A stretch of 32,000 nt of DNA from Mycobacterium tuberculosis H37Rv (lineage in GTDB: Bacteria > Actinomycetota > Actinomycetes > Mycobacteriales > Mycobacteriaceae). Position 1 is the first letter of the stretch, and every line of letters starts with the position of its first letter. Positions 1-8,254 of this stretch are shown piece after piece. The notes below the pieces were generated by a model. The model was given only the letters and a program-made list of their open reading frames with translations. It made no database searches and was not told where the DNA came from. The stretch is from contig NC_000962.3 of assembly GCF_000195955.2 (NCBI RefSeq), forward strand, positions 2,850,001-2,882,000, given 5' to 3'. Made by a program: the position numbers and the translations under genes.

Positions 1-574
1 ACGAGCCCAAGCCATCGTTGACGGCCCAGTCGATGGTTTTGGAGTTGGCGTACACGCCGGTCCGCTGGTGTCCGATCACCGACTCCCAGGACCGCAGATA
101 TGGCACGATCTGGTTCTTGTACTGCTCATATGATGGGTTGTCGTCGATCGAGGCGTAGATCGGGGCGCTCGTCGGGCCGCCGGCAGCGGCATGCAGCTCC
201 GACCCCCGTCTGGCGTGCTGCACGCCGGCGCTGGCACCGCCCAGCCAGTCGGCAGTGCTCCCCTTGCCGTATTGATAACAGGACACGATCTTGAGCCCAT
301 TGCCGCTCAGGTCACGGGCCTCGCTGAGCTGGATCGGCTTGCCAAGCATCCAGGCGCCGCCAGGCCGCCGATCGGACACGTACCGGATTGCCCCCACCGC
401 GCCGGCAGCCCTGATCTGGCTGGCGGGGATGACACCGGCGGCGTAGTCCAACAGGGTGCCCAGCGAACCGGCCGATGCCGGCGCGGCGCGCAACGACGAC
501 GCAACGACGCCAAGACCCAGCACGCCCGGAGTCGCCGCCGCGAATTTGAGCACATCACGCCGAGAGACCGACAT
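1..574 (-). CDS. Tat-exported secreted protein, N-terminal ~191 codons only (3' end lies left of the window); Rv2525c-like
   Basis: Absent from the ORF track because no stop falls inside the window. Hand translation of the minus strand from ATG 574-572 gives MSVSRRDVLKFAAATPGVLGLGVVASSLRAAPASAGSLGTLLDYAAGVIPA... This is a twin-arginine signal (S-R-R-x-V-L-K, hydrophobic core, A-x-A). I checked every codon of this frame down to position 2 and found no stop. Confidence 0.8.
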   Translation of the reverse strand, partial: MSVSRRDVLKFAAATPGVLGLGVVASSLRAAPASAGSLGTLLDYAAGVIPASQIRAAGAVGAIRYVSDRRPGGAWMLGKPIQLSEARDLSGNGLKIVSCYQYGKGSTADWLGGASAGVQHARRGSELHAAAGGPTSAPIYASIDDNPSYEQYKNQIVPYLRSWESVIGHQRTGVYANSKTIDWAVNDGLGS

Positions 575-1078
575 ATGCCACAGGGTACGACAAAAACAAC
601 AACTGTCACACTGGTTTCAGTGGTCACGGATGCATCACACTGGCAGAACACATGCATGCGGCCATACCGACACCGGTGCGGTCTCGGGCAGGCCGCCTCT
701 CCCTGCGACCACTACTACGGTGTGATCGCCTACGCTCCCAACGGCGCAATGGGCAAAATCGTCGCGCCACCGCACTCGAGGCCAGGCGGATATCGACGCA
801 TAAGAACTTTGCGGCGTCTTAGCTGCAAAGTGCTCAGCAACTTCACCAACTACCACGGGGGAGTCCGACGATCGCGCCCGCTGGCAGAACCTGGACGTGC
901 AACCAGTTGAGTAGTTCCCACACTGCGCGCCGAGCGTGGGCTGGCTGCGCCGAATGTGCACTGGTGGCGGCGACACGCCCGGGCGACGCCGCCGTGGTTG
1001 CACGTTCGGCGTAGGCAGCCCCGTGCGCTTGCCGGGCAGGTGTCCTCAAAGGTCCAACTAGACACACATATCAGACAC

Positions 1079-1090
1079 TAGTATGTACAT
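1079..1090 (+). promoter_or_regulatory. vapB17 -10 box (TAGTAT 1079-1084) with overlapping 8-bp palindrome ATGTACAT (1083-1090); leaderless start at ATG 1091
   Basis: TANNNT hexamer exactly 6 nt upstream of the ATG. A perfect palindrome covers the -10/TSS region in an AT-rich patch. No Shine-Dalgarno sequence is present. Confidence 0.55.
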
Positions 1091-1318
1091 ATGACCGTAA
1101 AGAGGACCACGATTGAGCTGGACGAAGATCTTGTGCGGGCAGCCCAGGCCGTCACCGGGGAAACATTGCGAGCGACGGTCGAGCGCGCGCTGCAGCAGCT
1201 GGTGGCCGCGGCTGCCGAGCAGGCCGCCGCGCGCCGGCGGCGGATCGTCGACCATCTCGCGCACGCCGGCACTCACGTGGACGCAGACGTGCTGCTCTCC
1301 GAGCAGGCGTGGCGATGA
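1091..1318 (+). CDS. vapB17: VapB-family antitoxin (VapB17)
   Basis: 75-aa ORF MTVKRTTIELDEDLVRAAQAVTGETL... with the R-T-T-I-x-L-D-x-x-L N-terminus typical of VapB antitoxins. Its stop overlaps the PIN gene start (ATGA at 1315-1318). Confidence 0.85.
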   Translation: MTVKRTTIELDEDLVRAAQAVTGETLRATVERALQQLVAAAAEQAAARRRRIVDHLAHAGTHVDADVLLSEQAWR

Positions 1319-1716
1319 CCACCTGGATTCTGGACAAGAGTGCCCACGTGCGACTCGTGGCCGGCGCCACGCCGCCAGCCGGCATCGACCTCACCGACCT
1401 CGCCATCTGCGATATCGGCGAACTTGAATGGCTGTATTCAGCACGGTCAGCTACCGACTACGACAGCCAACAAACGTCACTGCGCGCCTATCAAATCCTT
1501 CGCGCACCCAGCGACATCTTTGACCGGGTTCGCCACCTTCAGCGCGACCTAGCCCACCACCGTGGGATGTGGCATCGAACGCCGCTTCCGGACCTATTCA
1601 TCGCCGAAACCGCGCTTCATCACCGGGCCGGCGTGTTGCACCACGACCGTGACTACAAACGAATTGCCGTCGTACGGCCTGGGTTTCAAGCATGCGAACT
1701 CTCTCGCGGGCGCTAG
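1315..1716 (+). CDS. vapC17: PIN-domain ribonuclease toxin (VapC17)
   Basis: 133 aa from ATG 1315 (the track lists GTG 1309). PIN layout with acidic residues in WILDKS, ELEWLYSARSATDYD, PDLFIAETA and HHDRDY. Paralogous to the ORF at 18154-18567. Confidence 0.85.
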   Translation: MTTWILDKSAHVRLVAGATPPAGIDLTDLAICDIGELEWLYSARSATDYDSQQTSLRAYQILRAPSDIFDRVRHLQRDLAHHRGMWHRTPLPDLFIAETALHHRAGVLHHDRDYKRIAVVRPGFQACELSRGR

Positions 1717-1750
1717 CTTCGCCCGAATCCGTGAGCGGAGGCGATAATCC

Positions 1751-2671
1751 TTACAGGCCATCAAAAAAGTCCTCGTCGAGCCGTAAGAGTTCGACGGTCT
1801 GCACCGCCTGGACACCGACTCGATACCGCACGAGCAGCTCGGCCAGCCGAGCGCCGTCGATGAGTTCGATCCGGGCGTTGATCCGCTCAGCTTCCTCGCG
1901 GGCACCGCGGGAAAACGATGACGTGGTGATGTAGACGCCCCGGTCGCCCTGCTTGCCCAGGAGGGCGCCGGCGAACTCGTGGATCTTCGGCCGGCCAATC
2001 GTTTGGTCGACGGCGTATCGCTTGGCCTGCACGTAGATGCGGTCCAGCCCGAGCGGGTCCTGGCTGATGATTCCGTCGATGCCAGCGTCACCGGAGGCAC
2101 TCGTCCGTTCCACCGCGCCGGCTCGCCCGTAACCCATCGCCTCCAAAAGTCTGATAACCAGATCTTCAAACCCGGTGGGCGACAACGTGAGTGCCTTCTT
2201 CAGGATCTCCCCCTCGACGGCTGCCCGGTTCTCCGCAAGCGCAGCGTCGATGAGATCCTCGGGTGAGACCTGCACATCGTCCCCGGACGGTCGCTTGGCG
2301 GTCGCGTCGACTGGCTGCTTGGCTTTGGTTCGCTCACGAAAAGCGATGTACGACGGGAACTCCCGCAGCACAGCCATGTCGACGCGCTCGGGATGCGCCT
2401 TCAGGACTTGACGGCCCGTGTCCGTGACCTGGACGTGGCCCCGCGTGGGACGGTCGAGCAATCCGGCCTGCGACATGTGAGTGAGAGACCAGTGCACCCT
2501 GTCGTACATGGTCCTTTGCCGACCGCTGGGCAACATCTGCGCCCGCTCGTCGTCGGACAGACCGAACTCGTCGGACATCGCCGCGATGACGTCCTTGGCC
2601 GACTTCGCTTGTCCATCGGCAAGATACGCGAGAATCGGCCGCATCAACGTCTGGGCATCAGGGATCGTCAT
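1751..2671 (-). CDS. mrr: Mrr-type (type IV, modification-dependent) restriction endonuclease
   Basis: 306 aa. The N-terminal region MTIPDAQTLMRPILAYLADG... resembles the Mrr_N winged helix. The C-terminal PD-(D/E)xK core is GDAGIDGIISQDPLGLDRIYVQAKRY (D...Q-x-K). Confidence 0.9.
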   Translation of the reverse strand: MTIPDAQTLMRPILAYLADGQAKSAKDVIAAMSDEFGLSDDERAQMLPSGRQRTMYDRVHWSLTHMSQAGLLDRPTRGHVQVTDTGRQVLKAHPERVDMAVLREFPSYIAFRERTKAKQPVDATAKRPSGDDVQVSPEDLIDAALAENRAAVEGEILKKALTLSPTGFEDLVIRLLEAMGYGRAGAVERTSASGDAGIDGIISQDPLGLDRIYVQAKRYAVDQTIGRPKIHEFAGALLGKQGDRGVYITTSSFSRGAREEAERINARIELIDGARLAELLVRYRVGVQAVQTVELLRLDEDFFDGL

Positions 2672-3011
2672 GGGGAGCCATTATCCAGCTGGCTTGTCAG
2701 CCCTCCGAACCGGCCAAGTTGGGTAAGTCCATCCGGGGCTCCGTGTTCTGACAGGCCCGCTGCAGGCGTCGCATCTTCCTCATCTGCCCCACGTGTACCC
2801 GGTCCCGCCGACCTAAAAGGTCGGCATATCCCTGCCATGCCGGGACGCGTGAGGCGGGTGAGACACAAGGGAACGTGCACCTCGCGCACCGGGTCGCCAG
2901 CAGCCGCGACACGCCGTCGTCCAGTGCCACACCGAATGCGGTGTCGGGCTCGGCGTCAAACGCTGCCGATCGGCCTTGCCTCGTCAGGCCGCCGACAGCA
3001 CCGCCCTGGGC

Positions 3012-3278
3012 TCACGGTCCGCGGCTCCGCCGGGATCCGACCGGCGGCGGCTCAACCCCCTCGATCGTCTTGAGCCGGTCGACAGACCGATCGAAAGACG
3101 GCCACCGGATCGTCCCGGCAGGGGCGAGGAAGTCCGGCGTCCGAGCAAGCACCGGGCGATTGCCCTCAACGCGGAAGACAACCCGATCACCCGATTGCAG
3201 GCCGAGCGCGTCGCGCACCGCTTTCGGAACCGTCACCTGCCCCTTCGACGTGACGATGGGTTCGTCGGAGTGCCTGCT
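3012..3278 (-). pseudogene. AbrB/SpoVT(MazE/VapB)-fold antitoxin-like frame with no usable start codon; antisense to the 5' part of the long + ORF
   Basis: Track ORF 3012-3236 begins (GTG) [41 protein letters not shown]. Hand translation upstream in the same frame adds ...IVTSKGQ, giving the canonical SKGQVT(I/V)PKAVRD swapped-hairpin motif. That extension is closed by TGA at 3281-3279 with no ATG/GTG/TTG in between. Confidence 0.45.
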
Positions 3279-4266
3279 TCACCGTTGCCGTACGCCGCCC
3301 GTACCCTCACACTCTGTGGAGCTGCTCGTCGCCGCCAACCCCGCTGAAGACTCGCGCCTGCCCTACCTGATCCGGCTGCCGGTGGGCGCGGGACTGGTCT
3401 TCGCCACCTCAGACGTGTGGCCGCGCACCAAGGCGCTGTATTGCCATCGCCTCGACATCGCCGACTGGCCCGCCGACCCCGTCGTCGTCGACCGGGTCGA
3501 GCTACGCAGCTGCAGCCGCCGGGGCGCGGCCATCGACGTCGTCGCCGCCCGCGCGCGGGAGAACCGATCGCAACTGGTGCACACCATGGCGCGCGGCCGC
3601 CAGGTGGTGTTCTGGCAGAGCCCCAAAACGCGCAAACAGTCGCGGCCGGGCGTGCGCACCCCCACCGCCCGCGCCGCCGGCATCCCCGAGCTGCACATCG
3701 TCGTCGACGCCCACGAACGCTACCCCTACACCTTTGCCGACAAACCCGCGAAGACGACGCGGGAAGCCCTGCCCTGCGGCGACTACGGCCTGAAAGTGGC
3801 CGGCCAACTCGTGGCGGCCGTCGAGCGTAAAGCGTTGGCGGACCTTACTTCTGGCGTGCTGAACGGCAACCTGAAATACCAACTGACCGAACTGGCCGCG
3901 CTGCCACGGGCCGCCGTGGTGGTCGAGGACCGCTACTCGGAGATCTTCGCGCACTCCTTCGCCCGCCCGACGGCGATCGCCGATGGGCTGGCCGAATTGC
4001 AGATCGGCTTTCCCAACGTGCCGATCGTGTTCTGCCAAACCCGCAAGCTCGCCCAGGAATACACCTACCGCTATCTAGCCGCCGCCCTCACCTGGTTCGT
4101 CGACGATGCCGACGCCACCACGGTTTTCGAGCCGGCTGCCGCCGAGCCCGAGCCCAGCAGCGCCGAGCTGCGCGCGTGGGCCAAAAGCGTCGGCCTGCCG
4201 GTGTCCGACCGGGGGCGCCTGCGCCCGCAGATCCTGCAGGCCTGGCGAGCCGCCCATCCCCGGTGA
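3256..4266 (+). CDS. ERCC4 (XPF/Mus81-like) nuclease domain protein with C-terminal Lsr2-like DNA-binding tail (Rv2529-like)
   Basis: The longest ORF is 2875-4266 (463 aa). Its first ~127 codons are Ser/Arg/Pro/Thr-rich shadow sequence of the minus-strand AbrB-like frame, so I place the start at ATG 3256 (alternative GTG 3316). Motifs: [26 protein letters not shown] (the ERCC4 signature). C-terminus: [33 protein letters not shown] (Lsr2 C-domain-like with an R-G-R hook). Confidence 0.75.
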   Translation: MGSSECLLHRCRTPPVPSHSVELLVAANPAEDSRLPYLIRLPVGAGLVFATSDVWPRTKALYCHRLDIADWPADPVVVDRVELRSCSRRGAAIDVVAARARENRSQLVHTMARGRQVVFWQSPKTRKQSRPGVRTPTARAAGIPELHIVVDAHERYPYTFADKPAKTTREALPCGDYGLKVAGQLVAAVERKALADLTSGVLNGNLKYQLTELAALPRAAVVVEDRYSEIFAHSFARPTAIADGLAELQIGFPNVPIVFCQTRKLAQEYTYRYLAAALTWFVDDADATTVFEPAAAEPEPSSAELRAWAKSVGLPVSDRGRLRPQILQAWRAAHPR

Positions 4267-4686
4267 CTACAACACCTCGACGAGGCCTGCGGATGCTGAA
4301 TCGGCCAGTGCGGCATCGAATGTGACCAACCGGCCCCCGTAGCGCGCGGCCAAGGCGATGAGATGGCAGTCGGTGACCCGACGGTGGTTGGACACCGCAT
4401 CGCGATCGCCGGCGCTCCCAACGATCAGTGGCACATCGTCAGGCCAAAACGTGTGCCCGGCAAGAGAAGTCATCGCCGCCAACTGAGCGATCGCGATAGC
4501 CGGCGTGGTCGACACCTGCATCACACTGCGATTGCTTGAAATTCGGACATACCCTGCCTCGGTGATCGGCGTGGTGGCCCACCCATTCGAGGAGAACTGC
4601 GTGAACCATCGCTGCGCGGCCGCATGGTGAACGTGATTCGGCCAGCCCAGCGCGATCAGCACATTGACATCGAGCAGTGCCGTCAC
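4267..4686 (-). CDS. vapC39: PIN-domain toxin (VapC39)
   Basis: 139 aa, MTALLDVNVLIAL..., a classic PIN N-terminus with C-terminal LVTFD. There is a 4-nt overlap with the upstream antitoxin. Its stop abuts the stop of the convergent + gene with 0 nt between them. Confidence 0.9.
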   Translation of the reverse strand: MTALLDVNVLIALGWPNHVHHAAAQRWFTQFSSNGWATTPITEAGYVRISSNRSVMQVSTTPAIAIAQLAAMTSLAGHTFWPDDVPLIVGSAGDRDAVSNHRRVTDCHLIALAARYGGRLVTFDAALADSASAGLVEVL

Positions 4687-4907
4687 ACGTCGTCCTCGAG
4701 CGCGCGGACGACATCCTCGGAAGTCACCGTCGGCGCATCCGGCGGAACATCAAAAACCGGAAATCCGTCAACCTCGACAATCCCAACCGGACGGAGCGAC
4801 CTACGCGCCAACTCAGAAATTACCGCGCCGACTGACTTGCCCTCCGACCGCGCGATGCTACGAGCATCTTCTAGAACATCATCATCAATCTGCAACGTGG
4901 TGCGCAT
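4683..4907 (-). CDS. vapB39: VapB antitoxin (VapB39)
   Basis: 74 aa, MRTTLQIDDDVLEDARSIARSEGKSVGAVISELARRSL... It overlaps vapC39 by 4 nt. Confidence 0.85.
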   Translation of the reverse strand: MRTTLQIDDDVLEDARSIARSEGKSVGAVISELARRSLRPVGIVEVDGFPVFDVPPDAPTVTSEDVVRALEDDV

Positions 4908-4913
4908 AGCATC

Positions 4914-4919
4914 ATGTTA
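4914..4919 (-). promoter_or_regulatory. vapB39 -10 box TAACAT, 6 nt before ATG 4907 (leaderless)
   Basis: The minus strand reads TAACAT-gatgct-ATG. The box lies only 30 nt downstream of the decarboxylase stop. Confidence 0.5.
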
Positions 4920-4937
4920 CGGGGCTTGGGCCAGCTT

Positions 4938-7781
4938 TCACGCGTCTTCGGCGACCCCCTGCAGCACACTGTCGCCGTTGACGGTGCCATTCAAAGCCGA
5001 AGCGTCCCGCGGTACCTCGAAGGCCGGCAGCGCGGCACCTACCGTGGCGACGGCGTTGCGCGCGGCCTCCATCCGGGCCAATGCCGCCTGGGTGAACACC
5101 GACAACCCCAGGTCGGGGTTGTATCCGTGGATCTCTTTGACGTCGAGCTGGGCAAGAAAGTAGATGATCTCCTTGGAAACCAGTTGACCCGGCACCAGTA
5201 CCGGGAAGCCGGGCGGGTAGGGCACCACGAACGTGGTGGATACCAGAGTCTTGCCCTCAGCCAGCCGGCGCCCGGCCAAGCCGATCTGCACGTACTCACG
5301 GTCGGCCTCTTCGTAGCCGGCGTAGAAAGCCGACCGCATGTCACCGAAAGAGCTGGCGTCGTCGGGGCGGAAGGCAAGGTCGAACTCGCTGAAATCTGGT
5401 AGATGCGGCAGATCCTGCGTGATCTCCTCGACGTGGCGTCGGTGTAGAGCAAGGTCGGCCCCGCTGGCCGCCTTCTGGCTGCGGTCCAGATCGATCGCCA
5501 CCCGACGCAACACATCGAGCAGATAGTGCACGCTCGACCAGGTGACGCCGATCGTGAAGATCAGCAACACGCTGTTGATAGACGTTTTGTTGATCTGGAT
5601 GCCGAATCGCTCCATCAGGATCTTCTCGCGGAAGTCGTACCCGTTCATCCCGGTCGCCCCGATAAACAGGGTGAGCCGCGTCGGATCGAGCACGAATTGA
5701 TCGGACCGCCAGGCTTCGTTCCAATCGGCCAGAGCCCCCTGCCTGACCTGACGGTACGAGCTGACCGTCGAGGACCGAAAGGCATCGGGAACCAGGTCGG
5801 ACTCGTCAAGGATGCGGAACCACTTGCTGATCAGCCGGTCTTTGCGGACGCGATGGCGGAACACCAGCGCCATGTTGTAAACATGGCGGACCAGCTCGAA
5901 CCCTTCGATGTCAACCTGTCGGCGCGCCAAGTCCAACGAGGCGAGAAGTTGCTGGTTGGGCGAGGTCGAGGTGTGGGTCAAGAATGCCTCACCGAACGCG
6001 TCCCGGGTGAGCGCTTTGAAATCCTGGTCGCGCACGTGGATCATCGATGCCTGCCGTAGCGCGGACAGCGACTTGTGAGTCGAATGCGTCGCATACACTC
6101 GGACCCGAGCGCGGTTGGGGTCTGGCAACAGCCGGTGATCAACCCACTCGGAGCGGTCCACTCCGTCCATCGACGCACACCAATTCCGGTATTCCTCAGC
6201 GTATTCCGCAGTGGACAACATCTGCTCGAGTCGCTCGGCAGCAATCATCGCGGTCCGCTGCCGGGCCCAGGGCACCGCCGTCGCAAACGCATACCACGCC
6301 TCGTCCCACAAAAAGCAGATGTCCGGTTTGATCGCTAGCACCTCCTCCATCACCCGGCGCGGGTTGTACACCACGCCGTCAAACGTGCAGTTGGTGAGCA
6401 ACAGCATGCGCACCCGGTGCAGCTGTCCGGCGGCCTCGAGGTCCAGCAGCGCCTGCTTGATGGTGCGCAACGGCACGGCACCATAAATCGCGTACTGCGG
6501 CAGCGGATATGCGTCGAGGTACATCGGGTACGCGCCGGCAAGTACCAGGCCGTAGTGGTGCGACTTGTGGCAATTGCGGTCGATGAGCACGATGTCGCCG
6601 GGGCGGGTCAGGGCCTGCACGACGATCTTGTTGGCGGTCGATGTTCCGTTGGTGACGAAGTAGGTCTGGTTGGCGTTCCAGGTCACCGCGGCTTTGTCCA
6701 TCGCCGTCTTGATGTTGCCATGCGGGTCCAGCAGCGAGTCCAGTCCACCAGAGGTTGTCGAGGTCTCGGCCATGAAGATGTTGCGGCCGTAGAACTCGCC
6801 CATGTCGTGCAGTGACTTGGAGTTGAAGATGCTGGCGCCGCGCGCGACGGGAAGGGCATGAAATTGGCCGACCGGCGCCGCCGCATAGGCCCGCAGCGCA
6901 TCGAAAAACGGTGTGGCATAACGGTTTCGTAAACCCGCGAGCACCGTGCTGTGCAGGTCGGTGACGTCGTTGAGCCGGTAGAAGGTGCGGTCGTAGACGT
7001 CGGGCTCGTCCTGGGTCTCGGCGGCGATCGACTCGTCGGTGAGCAGATAGAGGTCGATGTGGGGCCGCAACTCACGGATCCACTCGGCGCATTCCACCCA
7101 GTCGTGGGTCTCGTTTGCCACCGCTTCGTCGCCATCGGTGCCCAGCAGCGTGGTCATCAGCGGCACCCGGTCGCGGGACCGCAGCGGCAGGTCGTGACGG
7201 ATGATCGCCGCCTGAATCTCGCCATTCAGCGCCACCGCGGTGATGGCATCTTCGATGCTGGCCACCACGAGCAACTCGAACTGCACCTCGTCGGCCGGAT
7301 TGCGCAACTGCCGCAGGCACTCGGCCAAGCTGTCCGGAGCCGTCGCCGGGGAGTCGTCGGCGAGCAGCACGGTGTAGAACTGCTGCTGTTTGGCCTGCGC
7401 TACCAGCTCCTGCTCCGCCAGTGACGCGGAGGTGTCGAACAGCGCTGTGCGGTCGCCGTATTCGGACAGCAGTCGTACGGCCAACGACACTTCCTCGGTA
7501 AGCCGCACCGTGGAATGACTATCCAGATGAGCGCGGAAAGTCGCCAGATTCTGTGCCCCCGGATACAGCCAGTACCGCTCATAGGCGCCGATGCGGTCCA
7601 TCAGCCGCTTCGCCCGAGCCACGTCGTGTGTGGTGTCGAGCCCGGCGAGGTCGACCTCCGCCAGGTGACGACACGCGTCATCGAGCAGGTTCCAGGTGTC
7701 CAGGCGGGTGTAGGACGGGTTGGCCACCGCGGCCAGCGCGGAGACATGCAGCCGTCGCGGGCGGACGCTGTTTGGGTTCAT
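4938..7781 (-). CDS. adi: PLP-dependent Orn/Lys/Arg decarboxylase family protein, 947 aa, with long N-terminal extension
   Basis: The ORF track gives 964 aa. I start at ATG 7781 (MNPNSVRPRRL...). PLP-lysine motif YATHSTHKSLSAL. CheY-like wing segment FYTVLLADD...LLVVASIEDAITAV, preceded by ~135 residues I do not recognise. Confidence 0.9.
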   Translation of the reverse strand: MNPNSVRPRRLHVSALAAVANPSYTRLDTWNLLDDACRHLAEVDLAGLDTTHDVARAKRLMDRIGAYERYWLYPGAQNLATFRAHLDSHSTVRLTEEVSLAVRLLSEYGDRTALFDTSASLAEQELVAQAKQQQFYTVLLADDSPATAPDSLAECLRQLRNPADEVQFELLVVASIEDAITAVALNGEIQAAIIRHDLPLRSRDRVPLMTTLLGTDGDEAVANETHDWVECAEWIRELRPHIDLYLLTDESIAAETQDEPDVYDRTFYRLNDVTDLHSTVLAGLRNRYATPFFDALRAYAAAPVGQFHALPVARGASIFNSKSLHDMGEFYGRNIFMAETSTTSGGLDSLLDPHGNIKTAMDKAAVTWNANQTYFVTNGTSTANKIVVQALTRPGDIVLIDRNCHKSHHYGLVLAGAYPMYLDAYPLPQYAIYGAVPLRTIKQALLDLEAAGQLHRVRMLLLTNCTFDGVVYNPRRVMEEVLAIKPDICFLWDEAWYAFATAVPWARQRTAMIAAERLEQMLSTAEYAEEYRNWCASMDGVDRSEWVDHRLLPDPNRARVRVYATHSTHKSLSALRQASMIHVRDQDFKALTRDAFGEAFLTHTSTSPNQQLLASLDLARRQVDIEGFELVRHVYNMALVFRHRVRKDRLISKWFRILDESDLVPDAFRSSTVSSYRQVRQGALADWNEAWRSDQFVLDPTRLTLFIGATGMNGYDFREKILMERFGIQINKTSINSVLLIFTIGVTWSSVHYLLDVLRRVAIDLDRSQKAASGADLALHRRHVEEITQDLPHLPDFSEFDLAFRPDDASSFGDMRSAFYAGYEEADREYVQIGLAGRRLAEGKTLVSTTFVVPYPPGFPVLVPGQLVSKEIIYFLAQLDVKEIHGYNPDLGLSVFTQAALARMEAARNAVATVGAALPAFEVPRDASALNGTVNGDSVLQGVAEDA

Positions 7782-7852
7782 GTCGTCACCTGTTCTCTGG
7801 TGCGGGTAGCGCCGTAGAGTGCAACCAGGCAATTATCGCGCGCAGGACCGGG

Positions 7853-8254
7853 TCAGTCAGCTAAGTCGTCGCTGTCCGCGATCCGCCGATTAGCCCGATT
7901 CCCGGAGTTGTCCACCCAGCGCAGCACCGGCAGCTGCGAAAGCTCCCGGCGGCGTGCCGGCAGATCGGTGACGTCACCCAGCGAGCGCACCACGGCCTGC
8001 GTCAGGCCCATGATGGCGGCCATCACCGGTAGCAGCGGCTGCAACGGCTTTGCCGCCGTGCGAACAGTGCTGATGCGGCGTGCCAAGATCAGGCGTTCGA
8101 TCGCGTGATACAGCCAGGCGCCGACACCCAGCGCGTAGATCGACATTGCCGAGGCGACAATGGTCAGCCCGTAGGCGGCGCACACCACGGCACCGAGCAC
8201 CACCGTCGCAGCCAGGACGGCCGCGACCACGACGCGCAGCTCGAGCCGGGTCAT
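7853..8254 (-). CDS. small integral membrane protein (Rv2532c-like)
   Basis: 133 aa from ATG 8254, which overlaps the nusB stop (ATGA). The N-terminal hydrophobic stretch is LRVVVAAVLAATVVLGAVVCAAYGLTIVASAMSIYALGVGAWLY. The longer 193-aa track version is Gly/Arg-rich shadow sequence over nusB. Confidence 0.6.
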   Translation of the reverse strand: MTRLELRVVVAAVLAATVVLGAVVCAAYGLTIVASAMSIYALGVGAWLYHAIERLILARRISTVRTAAKPLQPLLPVMAAIMGLTQAVVRSLGDVTDLPARRRELSQLPVLRWVDNSGNRANRRIADSDDLAD

